Assembly (NCBI GenBank): GCA_964106645.2
Contig: OZ067038.1
DNA: 64,000 bases
DNA from: Podarcis pityusensis
Lineage: Eukaryota
Strand: one strand, 5' to 3'
Each line of letters opens with the position of its first letter. Position 1 is the stretch's first letter. The notes under the pieces were generated by a model. It searched no databases and was not told where the DNA came from. It saw only the letters and a program-made list of their open reading frames with translations. The position numbers were made by a program, and so were the translations under genes. This document shows, piece by piece, positions 50,333 to 61,380 of this stretch.

Positions 50333-50755
50333 GCTACTCGAGAGAGAGAGTGCACAACAGCCACCACATCATTCAGAAAGAAAAAACAGTACAGCTACAA
50401 AAAGTGCAGAGATCCCTGCAGGTCTCATTACAATTCAAAGAAGATTGCCATGAAAACTTTATCAGCTCTCATGTGTAATTCTGACTGATTGGGGGAAGAC
50501 TGACTTTGGGAAGGCCAAGGTGAGGGGATGGATAAAGTGGGGAAGCCTGGTCTACCAGCAAAGCTTGAAAAGGAAACGACTTTGATTGAAAGCTGTTGGG
50601 GATAGTGAGAGACAGTGGACCAGCTCATAAACTGTATCTCATGTTTGTGTGTGTTCGTGTGTAAGAGATTTTTATCTCTCTTTGTGTATAAAAAAAGCTG
50701 AAAGGGCATGCACCTTCCATTCCCTTTTACTGGCTGTTTTCTTGTTCTAATCTAG

Positions 50756-50915
50756 AGTGAGATCGAGAAACTAAAGGCAGAAAATGACCGGCTGAAGTCG
50801 GAAAATCAAGGCAGCTGCAGCAGGGCCCAATCTCAGGTTTCCATTTCATCCTCTCCAAGGCAGTCCATGGGTCTTTCCCAGCACAGCCTGAACCTCACAG
50901 AGTCAGCGAGTCTTG
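50756..50915 (+). CDS. NAV2: NAV2 exon SEIEKLKAENDRLKSENQG...HSLNLTESASL
   Basis: ctaatctag acceptor; TTG|GTGAGT donor; 160 nt, phase 0-1. Confidence 0.96.
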
Positions 50916-51740
50916 GTGAGTAGGGCAGCCGACAGGTTTTATCCTGTAGCCGTAAATAAATAATAGCTGTAAATAATCGCTGGTGGCTAAGGTGTGAAGG
51001 TGGAAGGGCTGGGACAAACCCTTCCATTACAATATCATTGGCAGCTCTGTTTCACTTTGAAGCATAGCATTCCAGCTATGACTTCAGCTGTGCAAAATCA
51101 TGTTGGGAGTCGGTTTAATTGCACCCATTTGCCAAAGTAAAATTTCTTTCGAGAGAAAACGCTGTTAATTTTTCTGTGGTCTTCCCTCATTTCTTCCATG
51201 TCTGTTCCAGATTGCAAGAGGAATGTCTTTCCATTATTTCAGGTCTTACGTACATTCCAAGAAGTGTGCGCTTCACAATTTCAAAAGGACCAAACCTGGC
51301 AGTGTTCACAGAATCAAGCAATTAAAAATCTAATTATCCAAAGCAAGCAACCGTTTGAAAGTTTGTGTAACATAGACACGTGCACCTACACTTTTCTTGA
51401 TGCATAATTTTCCTCTATAAGGGCTGGAGTAAACACAGCCTTGCAGATATTCACAAAAAGAGTAATACTGTAGGGTATTTTTAATATTTTTTTGTAGCAG
51501 GGTAAATCAAGACCATGAACCTGCCCTTTAAGTTCACAAATTAATATCTGCTTCAGAGGTCCTGCTATTTGTCTCACCACTAGGAGAGGTTAGGTTGACT
51601 TCATCTTTCTTTAGTTGTGGGTGGGTCCTTAAAACTTATTTGTTCCACACAAAGCTTTTGAATGTCACTCATTTTACTCTCTCTCTTCAAAGGTGATTCT
51701 CGCCCCCACCTTTGTTCTCAATCTGTTTGTCATTGTCTTG

Positions 51741-51857
51741 GGTTGTATCCAATGCTAGTCCTACTCAGAGAAGACCCACTGAAATTAATAGACATAACTA
51801 ACTCATGTCTTATTAATTTCAGTGGGTCCACTCTTAGTAGAATTAGATAGGGTTGTA
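51741..51857. mobile_element. Short palindromic MITE-like repeat
   Basis: Arms GACCCACTGAAATTAATAGACAT / ATGTCTTATTAATTTCAGTGGGTC; a related copy lies at 52641-52765. Confidence 0.6.
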
Positions 51858-52025
51858 TGTTTAAAAAAAAGTTACAAATTTAAAACTTTTAAGTAGCTCG
51901 GGGACCCTTTTTGAGCTGAAAGCCAACTCGTAAATTATTTTATAAATGAAATAAATAATCATATGAGCGTATTTTCCCAGCTCACCATTTGTAACTAAAA
52001 AAGAATTTGTGTTTCCTGTCCACAG

Positions 52026-52126
52026 ACATGCTGCTGGATGACCCCAGCGATGGTTCTTCTCGAAAAGAAGGTGGCAGGCATGTTAAAATAGTTGTCAGTT
52101 TTCAGGATGAAGTTAAATGGAGAGAA
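52026..52126 (+). CDS. NAV2: NAV2 exon (D)MLLDDPSDGSSRKEGGRHVKIVVSFQDEVKWRE
   Basis: cacag acceptor; GAA|GTGAGT donor; 101 nt, phase 1-0. Confidence 0.96.
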
Positions 52127-52640
52127 GTGAGTTATGTGTGGAGTTTGCTTTTCACATTTTTCCATTACACGTTATCAGAGACTAGGTCTGTTGGCATGCT
52201 ACGTAGACTGAAGTTTTTGCAAGGAAACCCACATCGTTCACTATTTTAAGTATTTTTGTCACTTGAAGTCCTATCTGTAGTCTGAAGCAATGCAGTCAAG
52301 ACTCAGGTTTTGTCACTAGTTTGCTTCTTGGAAATGACTAATGACCCAATGGCTGATCATAAGAATAATGTTATGCTTAAATGAATGGAAGGTTAAAGAA
52401 ACTGCTTGAAGCAGGAACAAAAATGGGGACCTGGCCAGTCGGCCAGATCCTGAACTCCTCCAACCCCTGGAGCCCAGTTTTGGCTGACCACCTGTTACTC
52501 ACCTGATTTCAGGTGAAACAACTTCAAAGTCAATCCCTTCAGGGCTTTGCTGTAATCCTTTGATCAGCTGCATGAAAAAGTTCCCCTTGGGAGAGCAGAA
52601 CTATGGAATATTCCAAAGAGTGGAAAATCTACAGAAATAA

Positions 52641-52765
52641 GTTGTATGCAGTATTAGTCATACTCTGAGTAATCCCATTGAAATGAATGGACGTGATTAA
52701 CCTAGGTCAATTCATTTCAGTGGGTCTGCTCTGTTGAAACTTTATTTTAGTGGGTTGCATCCAAC
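52641..52765. mobile_element. Short palindromic MITE-like repeat, second copy
   Basis: Arms CCCATTGAAATGAATGGAC / GTCAATTCATTTCAGTGGG; GTTGTATGC..GCATCCAAC termini. Confidence 0.55.
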
Positions 52766-53752
52766 TATTTCCTTAGTTTTCAAAGACTAAGAAAAAAAGG
52801 ACTCTCCAACCCCGCCCTCAGAAGTACTTCCATTCTCAAAAGATCAGCTTTGGCCTGGTTCCCACTAGGACCTTTCCTTTATCACGGCTTCTAATGGGAT
52901 GAGTATGCTTAGAGTTCTAGTCTAGACACAGTGCCAGCAGCCATGGATGTTGTGAAGTCCAGACCTGCTAGTACCCTAGGAACTTGGCATGAATAAAAGA
53001 GAAATTGAACCAAACTTGCTTAGCTTGGAGGAAGTTTTCAAGATCTGTCTTGTATAAGCTGAAACATGCCCTTTCTCCCGTTCACTGGTTTTAAATTAAC
53101 TTTTAAAATAAACATTACTAGTGACGAGTGATCCAAGACCTAGATCAGGTGCAGGGTAATGAGAGAGGCACCTGTTTATCTGCAGAACTCGCCTGCTAGG
53201 TTTAGAAGGCTTGTAATGTCACATGGGAGCACATTTTTTGACTTCTAAAGGGATCTGTTGTAAGCTTCATGGTAACAATGATTTGCAGAAGTCAGCACGG
53301 GTTTGACACAAATGGTTCCTTCCAGACTAATCCTACCTGTGTTTTTAGATTGGATTCCTAAATTAGTGGATTATGGAAATGCTCTGGATTTAATTTAATT
53401 CTGGTCATAATTCAATAAATCATTTGACAACCCCCCCCCCCCATATATTTCAGTTAGCAAAGTGGTTAAATAGACTGCACTAGTGTTTAGGAACTTGGCA
53501 CATAATTTGATGAGGTGCCAGTGAGCATACAGAATTCTTTGTGTCTAGGTTCTGCCCTATTTGCATAGGAAATCCCCAGTGTACATGCTTTCCTAGTCAA
53601 AGAATAGATCAGGTCTGCAATGGCACACATGTAGGGGTTATGTCTCAGCCCTGTCTCAACACTGAAGTAGCTTGGATGATGGTGAAATAATTTATATAGT
53701 GCTGCAACAGCACCATATTTGCCTTTCTTTTAACATATTTGTATGCCGTTAG

Positions 53753-53848
53753 GATTCCAGGCCTCGCCTCTTCCTTATCGGCTGCATAGGCGTCAGTGGA
53801 AAGACCAAATGGGATGTTCTCGATGACGTTGTTAGAAGGCTGTTTAAG
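53753..53848 (+). CDS. NAV2: NAV2 exon DSRPRLFLIGCIGVSGKTKWDVLDDVVRRLFK
   Basis: gttag acceptor; AAG|GTGAAC donor; 96 nt, phase 0-0. Confidence 0.96.
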
Positions 53849-54282
53849 GTGAACGTTGTTATTTTTGTTACTTCTAACAACTTGGATAGCTTTGAAAGCT
53901 ATTCTTTTTTATTTAGGCAGAAAACTATTCTGACGGGTTCCTTTGCTGCATCAGTTTAAAGTGAGGCTTCCCCAAGGCCCGATGTACTGCAGCCTGCAAA
54001 ACTTACTAACTTGAGCATCGTATTTCTCTTTATGTTGTATACATTATTTTTTTTACACCGCATATAATGTAGGCTTCTGAAAAGTCATTAAGTACTGGCT
54101 GCAGTGTGTGCTAAATAATCTTACTTTATTTCAACATTCAGATCTTTAAAACAAAAAAAGTCAAAAGAGAAGACCAAATACACAATGTGTATCTGGTCAT
54201 ATGGTACATCCTTCTTGACCACTGCATCCTCCCGGCTCCAGAGATTCAAATAAATGCCAACTGAGGATATGCAAGACCTGTA

Positions 54283-54508
54283 CAGTGGTACCTCGGATTA
54301 CATACACTTCAGGTTACAGACTCTGCTAACCCAGAAATATTACCTCGGGTTAATAACTTTGCTTCAGGATGAGAACAGAAATCGTGCTTCAGCGGCGTGG
54401 CAGCAGCGGGAGGCCCCATTAGCTAAAGTGGTGCTTCAGGTTAAGAACAGTTTCAGGTTAAGAACGGACCTCCGGAACGAATTAAGTACTTAACCCGAGG
54501 TACCACTG
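54283..54508 (+). mobile_element. Tigger/pogo-like MITE, copy 6
   Basis: TA-CAGTGGTACCTCGG...GAGGTACCACTG-TA. Confidence 0.9.
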
Positions 54509-55274
54509 TACTTCCATTGTAATATGCAGTGTGGCAACTGTCACTTTTCCTCTGATACTTGTGATCTCACTGAAGGAAGAGGCTTCATGCATTATGCCAT
54601 GGCCTGAAAGGGAGGAATGTAAGAAATACCTTGCTGGGTGAGGTCAAAATTCCACCTAATCCATTCTTTCCCACCAATGGGTCCACATATGTTGTTGAAC
54701 CACTCCTCCTATCATCTCCAAAGCTTTTGCTGGCTGCAACTGATAGGAGCTGGGAGTCCAAGAACATTCAAGGACTCAACATCCAGGAAACACCTTGTCC
54801 AAAAGTAGACTGCCTGATGCCTCTGAAAGTTCACAACCAGGGTAGGGAGATGACAACACCCCCGTTGCTGTTGTTTTTGTCCAGCACCTGGCCTCTTTTC
54901 ATAATGTATACGGGGCTTCATATGTGTCTGCACCTCTTAATTTAAATATACAGTGCATATACAGTACATTTCACATAGACAGAAAAGTCCTATATTAACT
55001 CTCTTACATGGAAACTGAGTGTGATGGTGCAACAAGGACTGAAATCTCTGGTGGGTCAGCTGATACGCTGTGTGGTTTTTGCATATATCTGTTACCCTTT
55101 CCCTCTCTTTACTATTTGATTAAAATAGACTTTGGGTTTGCCTTTCTTCATTGCACAAATTAGTTCGTTTTCAAAACAAAAAATGCAGTTGTGAAATTTC
55201 AATATTAGGGAACCAAGACCCTTGAAGATAAGGTTGATGTATTGTTATTATTCTTTTCTACTTCCCTTTCACAG

Positions 55275-55443
55275 GAATACATCATTCATGTTGATCCTGC
55301 GAGTCAGCTAGGGTTGAACTCAGACAGCGTCCTGGGATACAGCATTGGGGAAATCGTTCGCACAAATAGCATGGAGACACCTGAGCTGCTTCCCTGTGGC
55401 TATCTGGTTGGTGAAAACAATACCATATCGGTGACTATCAAAG
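55275..55443 (+). CDS. NAV2: NAV2 exon EYIIHVDPASQLGLNSDSVLGYSIGE...PELLPCGYLVGENNTISVTIK
   Basis: cacag acceptor; AAG|GTAAAT donor; 169 nt, phase 0-1. Confidence 0.97.
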
Positions 55444-56813
55444 GTAAATTATAGGTGATCCATTTGTTACTGTTCTTTGTAATTACAGGTCTTGCCAGGC
55501 GTTGGAGAAACCTCAGAGGAGCAAGAGACATTTTCATGGGTTTCTTTCTTCTTCCTATCCTTTTCATGTCTTTCTTTGAGTGAAAAGTTCCAAATGAAGA
55601 AGCATTCATGTTCACTGACATTAGGGTGGTTGCATAAAAAAAGGAACAGGGATCTTACACCTTGGAACTGCTGTATAGCAGATGGAATTTCAGCCAGTAT
55701 TTTTGCTTGTTTGTAATTGTTGACTATCAGGCAAGCTTCGACTGCTGAAGTTTATTTATGTATATTTCAAGTTATTTATTTAGGCATTTCAAGAACTACG
55801 CTGATGCTGGATTTTAAGAGTCAGGTTATAGTACACATATTTTTATACGATCAAAGTGCTTTTTAAGTCGTTTCATGGTAACATTTCTACCTTCCAGATA
55901 TACAGCTGTTCATACAAATGTTTAAGCTTGATAATTTTTAACAGGTGATAAACATTCCATCCCTATGTATTCTCCCAGCTGAAGTTCCATCTGCGGGATT
56001 CTAAGAATTGCTGACCTTTTTCACAGTCAATTCTCCCTGCTGACATTGCTTGTAGTCTCTCCCCCCCCCCCCCCGGTGGAAGTTTTTCTGCCAGAAAACA
56101 TAACACTCCCTCTAATATTAAACTTTGGCAGCGAGTGCCAACAGCTATGTAGTCAAAACACAGCCACTAAGAAACAGAAGGGAAGTATCAATATGCTCAG
56201 AAGAATGCCTTGGTTTACAGAAATATGTGTGCAGATACATTTTTAAACAAAAAAATATGGAGGAAGAAAATATTTTTAAAGCTAAGAGAGAACCACCACC
56301 ACCCTGGGGTAACCATGAAATATTGAATATCAGTTGGAGGGAGGGGGAACCCACAGAAAAGGGGCAAGGGGAAATGCAACAGATTGTCGTGGCTAGTGAG
56401 AACCCTGCCATGGCTAGCTGACTAGTTGGAATTCTGAACAGGAATAATCCACACTGCAATGTTTCATTGTAGTCTCCCTTGTTTATCCCATAATGTGCAA
56501 AACAAGATTCAACATATCACTTGGTTTTTCAGGGGAAACAGAAGTATTTTGAATTCAGAGGAAGTTTTTTGGGGTGGAGGCGGGAATGCTGTTTTAAAGT
56601 GAGGCATATTTACATGACAATCATAGTAAATGTGTAGAATCTGGAAGCATGAATCTACCCTCTTGAGCCTTGGCTTCTTAGAGCTAGTCTAAGGGGAGTG
56701 ACTACTGTGTCAGGGTCCAGGAAGTGATCAGTGCTTCATTGGAAGTACCATCCACCTTGATGGAGGCACTGGTGTGTTTCCTCCTGTAAACCTAGAAGTA
56801 CATAACAATAATC

Positions 56814-57388
56814 TAGAAGCACAGAAATGTCGAGTTGGAAGAGACCCCAAGGGTCATCTGGTCCAACCCCCAATGCAGGAATCTCAGTTAAGCACCCATG
56901 ACAGATGGCCGTCCAACCTCTGCTTAAAGACTTCCAATGAAGGAGAGTCCATCAGCTTCCAATGGAGTTCGTTCCACTGTTCAACAACTCTTACCATCAG
57001 AAAGTTCTTTCTGATGTTTAGTTGGAATCTCCTTTCTTGTAATTTGAAGCCATCGCTTCGGGTCCTAACCTTTGGAGCAGAAGAAAACAAGCTTGCTCTA
57101 TCTTCCATGCGAGAGTCCTTTAGATCAGGCATAGGCAAACTCGACCCTCCAGATGTTTTGGGACTACAGCTCCCATCATCCCTAGCTGGTCAGGAATGAT
57201 GGGAATTGTAGTCCCAAAACATCTGGAGGGCCGAGTTTGCCTGTGCCTGCTTTAGATATTTGAAGATGGCTATCGGATCTCCTCTCCTCTTAACCAGGCT
57301 AAACTCCCTCAACCATTCCTCATAAACTTGATTTCCAGCCCCTTGATAATCACAGGACTTCAAGTGTGGTCTGGCCATGGCGGAATAG
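56814..57388 (-). mobile_element. CR1 LINE 3' fragment (ORF2 C-terminus and 3' UTR)
   Basis: Minus ORF 56884..57138 reads TRSDGFKLQERRFQLNIRKNFLMVRVVEQWN..SPSLEVFKQRLD, a typical CR1 ORF2 end. Confidence 0.9.
57126..57249. mobile_element. Palindromic hAT MITE (URR1-like) inserted in the CR1
   Basis: Perfect 8-bp TSD CTTTAGAT (57118-57125 and 57250-57257); the whole 124 bp is a near-perfect inverted repeat. Confidence 0.9.
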
Positions 57389-57717
57389 ATTGAAGCTGAA
57401 TCCTTATCAGACAGGTGTATTAAGTATCCTCAGTTCTGAGAGGTGGGAAGGCAGCTTGTTGTGGACAGAGTTGCACTCCCCTGAAGTGAGCAAGTTTAGG
57501 AAAGCCTATCCAGACACGTAGATGCTGAAATGTTTTAATCTATTTTATGGTTGGTTTTAATTATATTTAAATTGTTTTTCTTATAATTTAATTGGTTGTT
57601 GTAAACAACTTAGAGATTATGCTACAATAAAGTAGTTTATAAATTTTGTTAAATAAAATCTTCTGGAGATAACTTTTAGTTCTTAAGTTTTGAATGCCAC
57701 ATCTTCTGTTGTTACAG

Positions 57718-57953
57718 GGATTGCAGAGAATAGTTTGGACTGTCTGGTGTTTGAGTCCCTGATCCCCAAGCCTATTCTGCAGCGCTATGTGTCACTACTG
57801 ATGGAGCACAGGAGAATCATCTTATCTGGCCCAAGCGGCACAGGAAAGACCTACCTAGCCAATCGTCTGTCAGAGTACATGGTCCTTAGAGAGGGCAGGG
57901 AGCTGGCTGATGGTGCTATTGCAACATTTAATGTGGATCACAAGTCCAGTAAG
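57718..57953 (+). CDS. NAV2: NAV2 exon with AAA+ Walker A (IILSGPSGTGKT)
   Basis: ttacag acceptor; AAG|GTGAGT donor; 236 nt, phase 1-0; P-loop GxxGxGKT. Confidence 0.98.
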
Positions 57954-59091
57954 GTGAGTATTCATATAATTGACTTGCCCCCCCCCAAAAAAGTTTACTA
58001 TTTACAAATCAAAATAATTTGTTCCTGAGCAGCAGAGTGGTGCGATAAAGGCCCTGATGCATTTGCCTGCCTTAGCAGGCATGCAGGTAACACTCTTCTT
58101 GTAGGGTGAGCTGATGTTTCTTCTAGGTGGGATCTGAAGGACTGTAATCTTAGGAGACGCCCGTGAACTCCCCAGCATGAAATCAAGTCATTTTATTTGT
58201 ATGCTGCCTTTCCAACTTTTAAGACCATGTTCAAGGCGGTTTACAACGTATAAAAAGTAACATAACAAATGGAGCCAGATCCACCTAAATCACAAGATCC
58301 AAAATAAAGATACAAAAAAATAACAGCAGCAACAACCACACCCCAACAAAAAGCCCTCAACAATACCTCAGCCTAAGATTCTGTTCAGCAGCCTTAGCTT
58401 TTGTAGCTGGAGTCAGTCAGGGCCCTGCCCTCCCAGGCCATGTGGAAAAAGGCCTGCAAGAGGACCACTTTTTCTGTGTAGTGAAGAATAGTATTCAGTT
58501 ACTAATTAATGTCCTCCTAGGAGTCCTCCATTTTGTAATGCTGAGCCTGTGTCCTGTGCAATGACATTCTTGGACCTGGTAGCTTTCTGTGGAAGGCTTT
58601 GTGCAGAAAACTAGTTGATACCTTGGTGACTTTACCTAGCCAAACCTGGCAGCCCGAATTTTGTTACCCTCATCCTGTCATGAAGCGCATGCTTTTCATG
58701 GTCCTGGCTCTCTCGTTACATGATCACTTCAAGAGAGATCTGTTAATGCCTACAGAGGCAATCTCAATTCTTTGGGAGTATCAGGGGACATCTGTGAACT
58801 GCCCCAGAATGAAAGAGGACCACCTTTTCCTGTCTCGTGTGAAATAGCATTTAGTGGGATCATAGTCAGCTTTTCAATTAAGATTCTAAACAAGACGTCA
58901 AATTCATCCGAGCTATTATATACTCTATTCAAAAGGTTATTTCTCTTGGGAGAATGTTGGCCCTGTGTAGTTTGCTATCACACCCTTAACAGAAGACTGT
59001 TCTGCCACTGAATCCAGCCACTTTCATGTCTTTCAAGATCTTCAAAAGAAATGCCTGAAAGCCAATTTTCTCTTTTTCATCTGCATCACAG

Positions 59092-59246
59092 GAACTCCGC
59101 CAATACCTCTCCAACCTTGCTGACCAATGCAATAGTGAAAACAATGCTGTGGAGATGCCTCTTGTGATCATCCTGGACAACTTGCACCATGTCAGCTCCC
59201 TGGGAGAGATCTTCAATGGGCTCTTGAACTGCAAGTACCACAAATG
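59092..59246 (+). CDS. NAV2: NAV2 exon ELRQYLSNLADQ...PLVIILDNLHHVSSLGEIFNGLLNCKYHK (Walker B-like)
   Basis: cacag acceptor; ATG|GTAACA donor; 155 nt, phase 0-2. Confidence 0.97.
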
Positions 59247-60208
59247 GTAACAGCATGTTCTGCCTCAAACTTTCATGAAAGGAAAGTGTGTTTGCTCCAG
59301 GAGCATTCCTTGAGACTTGACCTGGCTGGATCCAACTCATTAGTTGCTCATGATACTATTGAAATCAAACGTGAAAAATTAGCCATGGCTTTGTTCCCAT
59401 TGAAATCAGTGGGATTTAACTGAAGCGACCTTTTTTAGGGCGTAATCCAAACTCCCCAATACCACCAGTAGTGTGGCTTTGCAGAGCAGGAAGGCCACTG
59501 TCTCATCCTCAGCCCTATCAGTCATGGCAGCAGAAGGTGCAGGGTTCAGGATAATTCGAGGCCATGCTGTTTTCAATGACATTAAGATTTGCTTGGGATC
59601 CAGTGGTTCCTGCGCTTGCTCAGCCTCACCCTTGGAACACCCAGTTCTGAGGCTTTCTGGTGGTTCATGCCAGTGAAGACCCCAGTAATGGGGCTTCCTG
59701 ACCACCGGCATGTTCAGCAGGAGCCTAGTTGAGCCAGGAAAGCTTGTGGAGAGACATCTCTGCCTAATCCAAACCACCACCCCAGCCTGGCATGGGGGCT
59801 GATTTTTTCTGCCCATCTTGGTCCAACCCAGAATAAATAAAATGTATAAGACCTGCAACCAAAGATTTAGTAGGCTGGTGGGTTAGTTGATATTAAAATG
59901 TGGAATTTATCCACCCTGTGCAGTATTCTCCCCCCGCCCCCCATTATTCATTCACAGATTCTGTACCTTCTGTTTCTTAAGCAGATGAAACATTCTGAAA
60001 TGTTCTGTAAAATCACAGATACTCTCAGCCAATACTGTGTGAGGGATGGAGAGGTCTGATCATGGTTGTTTAGGTTCAGATAGTTTTCCTTCACATGCCA
60101 GTGGTAGTAGCAAAAAAGTAGATAATGTGATTACTTAAAGATTTTCTTTTCTTTTTTTTACATACTGTGTTTTCTAGACGTTAATACTGACTGATCTGTT
60201 TCCCACAG

Positions 60209-60477
60209 TCCCTACATTATTGGAACTATGAACCAGGCAACTTCCTCTACACCAAACCTTCAGCTCCACCACAACTTCAGATGGGTGCTGTGTGCCAACC
60301 ACACTGAGCCAGTCAAGGGCTTTCTTGGCCGTTTCTTGAGAAGAAAGCTCATTGAAACGGAGATTGGTGGCCGTATGAGAAATGCGGAACTAATTAAAAT
60401 TATAGACTGGATTCCCAAAGTCTGGCAGCATCTCAACAAGTTCTTAGAGGCCCACAGCTCTTCAGATGTTACTATTG
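60209..60477 (+). CDS. NAV2: NAV2 exon (C)PYIIGTMNQATSSTPNLQLHHNFRWVLCANHTEP...HSSSDVTI
   Basis: ccacag acceptor; TTG|GTGAGA donor; 269 nt, phase 2-1; IIGTMN sensor-1-like motif. Confidence 0.97.
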
Positions 60478-60924
60478 GTGAGAACTCAGAATTATCTGTT
60501 AGAGCTCTTGACGCATTTCTAAACACTTGGTCGAGAACATAGATTTCATCTCTACATAAGATAATAGTTTACCTTTTCCTTAGTGTCCTAATTACATTAA
60601 AAATGAGAGCTTTATGAGGCATGGAATCAGGTACATTACACTTTTTGTTATAATGTGAACCCTATAAAAATAGGCTGTGCCCAACTATTGAGGGAGCTTG
60701 ATTTTAAATGCCTGCTTACTAAAGATGCCATAGCAAATGTTCAACTTGTAGATAAATCCTAGTCTATTATTATGGGTTAACTGGCTCCTTTGTTGGTGCA
60801 GTGCTTTATCCTAAGTGTACAATTCTTTCTCCTCTCTTGTCATTTTTTGCTTGATGTTGTGGCTGTAATTAAATCCATATTCACCAAAGATGCTTGGCAT
60901 ATGTAACCTCCTTTTTTCTCACAG

Positions 60925-61043
60925 GTCCAAGACTCTTTCTCTCCTGCCCTATAGATGTCGACGGTTCTAGGGTTTGGTTTACTGACCTGTGGAACTACTC
61001 TATTGTTCCCTATCTTCTTGAGGCTGTCAGAGAAGGGCTACAG
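60925..61043 (+). CDS. NAV2: NAV2 exon (G)PRLFLSCPIDVDGSRVWFTDLWNYSIVPYLLEAVREGLQ; gene continues past the window
   Basis: cacag acceptor; CAG|GTAAGG donor; 119 nt, phase 1-0. Confidence 0.97.
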
Positions 61044-61133
61044 GTAAGGAGCTTGCATATGAACTACACCTACTCAAAGAGTGTGGGCATGGGGGAATAA
61101 CAGATACAGCACAACCTAGGTCTTCACGTCTCA

Positions 61134-61380
61134 TTTATTTGTTTTGTTTTACTCTGTTTATACCCCACCTTTCCTTCAAGGAGCTCAAGGTGGTGTAGAT
61201 GGTTCTCTTCCTCCCTGTTTTATCCTCACAACAACCCTGGGAGGTAGCTTAGGCTGAGAGGCCATGACCGGCCCAAGATCTGCTCCCCCGCCCCCAGGTG
61301 TGTTTTATTTGCTCAGATTTGAACCCTGGTCTCCCAGGTATCAGCCCAACCCTCTAACCACTACACCACACTGTCTCTCC
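61134..61380 (-). mobile_element. tRNA-derived SINE (Squam3-like)
   Basis: Reverse A/B boxes (CTAACCACTACACCACACTG, GATTTGAACCC), CCTCACAACAACCCTG core and T-rich tail. Confidence 0.82.

Noticed and set aside
51690-51715. Intronic GDSRPHL peptide resembling the start of exon 53753
   Set aside because: Only six residues, on the wrong side of exon 52026, with no continuation; chance match.
8655-54508. Recurrent repeat with GGTTAAGAAC/CAGGTTAC sub-repeats as a CRISPR-like or regulatory array
   Set aside because: Dispersed copies with TIRs and TA duplications in a vertebrate intron are MITEs; there is no repeat-spacer structure.
56774-57199. 141-aa plus-strand ORF
   Set aside because: Antisense to a CR1 ORF2 fragment plus the MITE; not a host gene.
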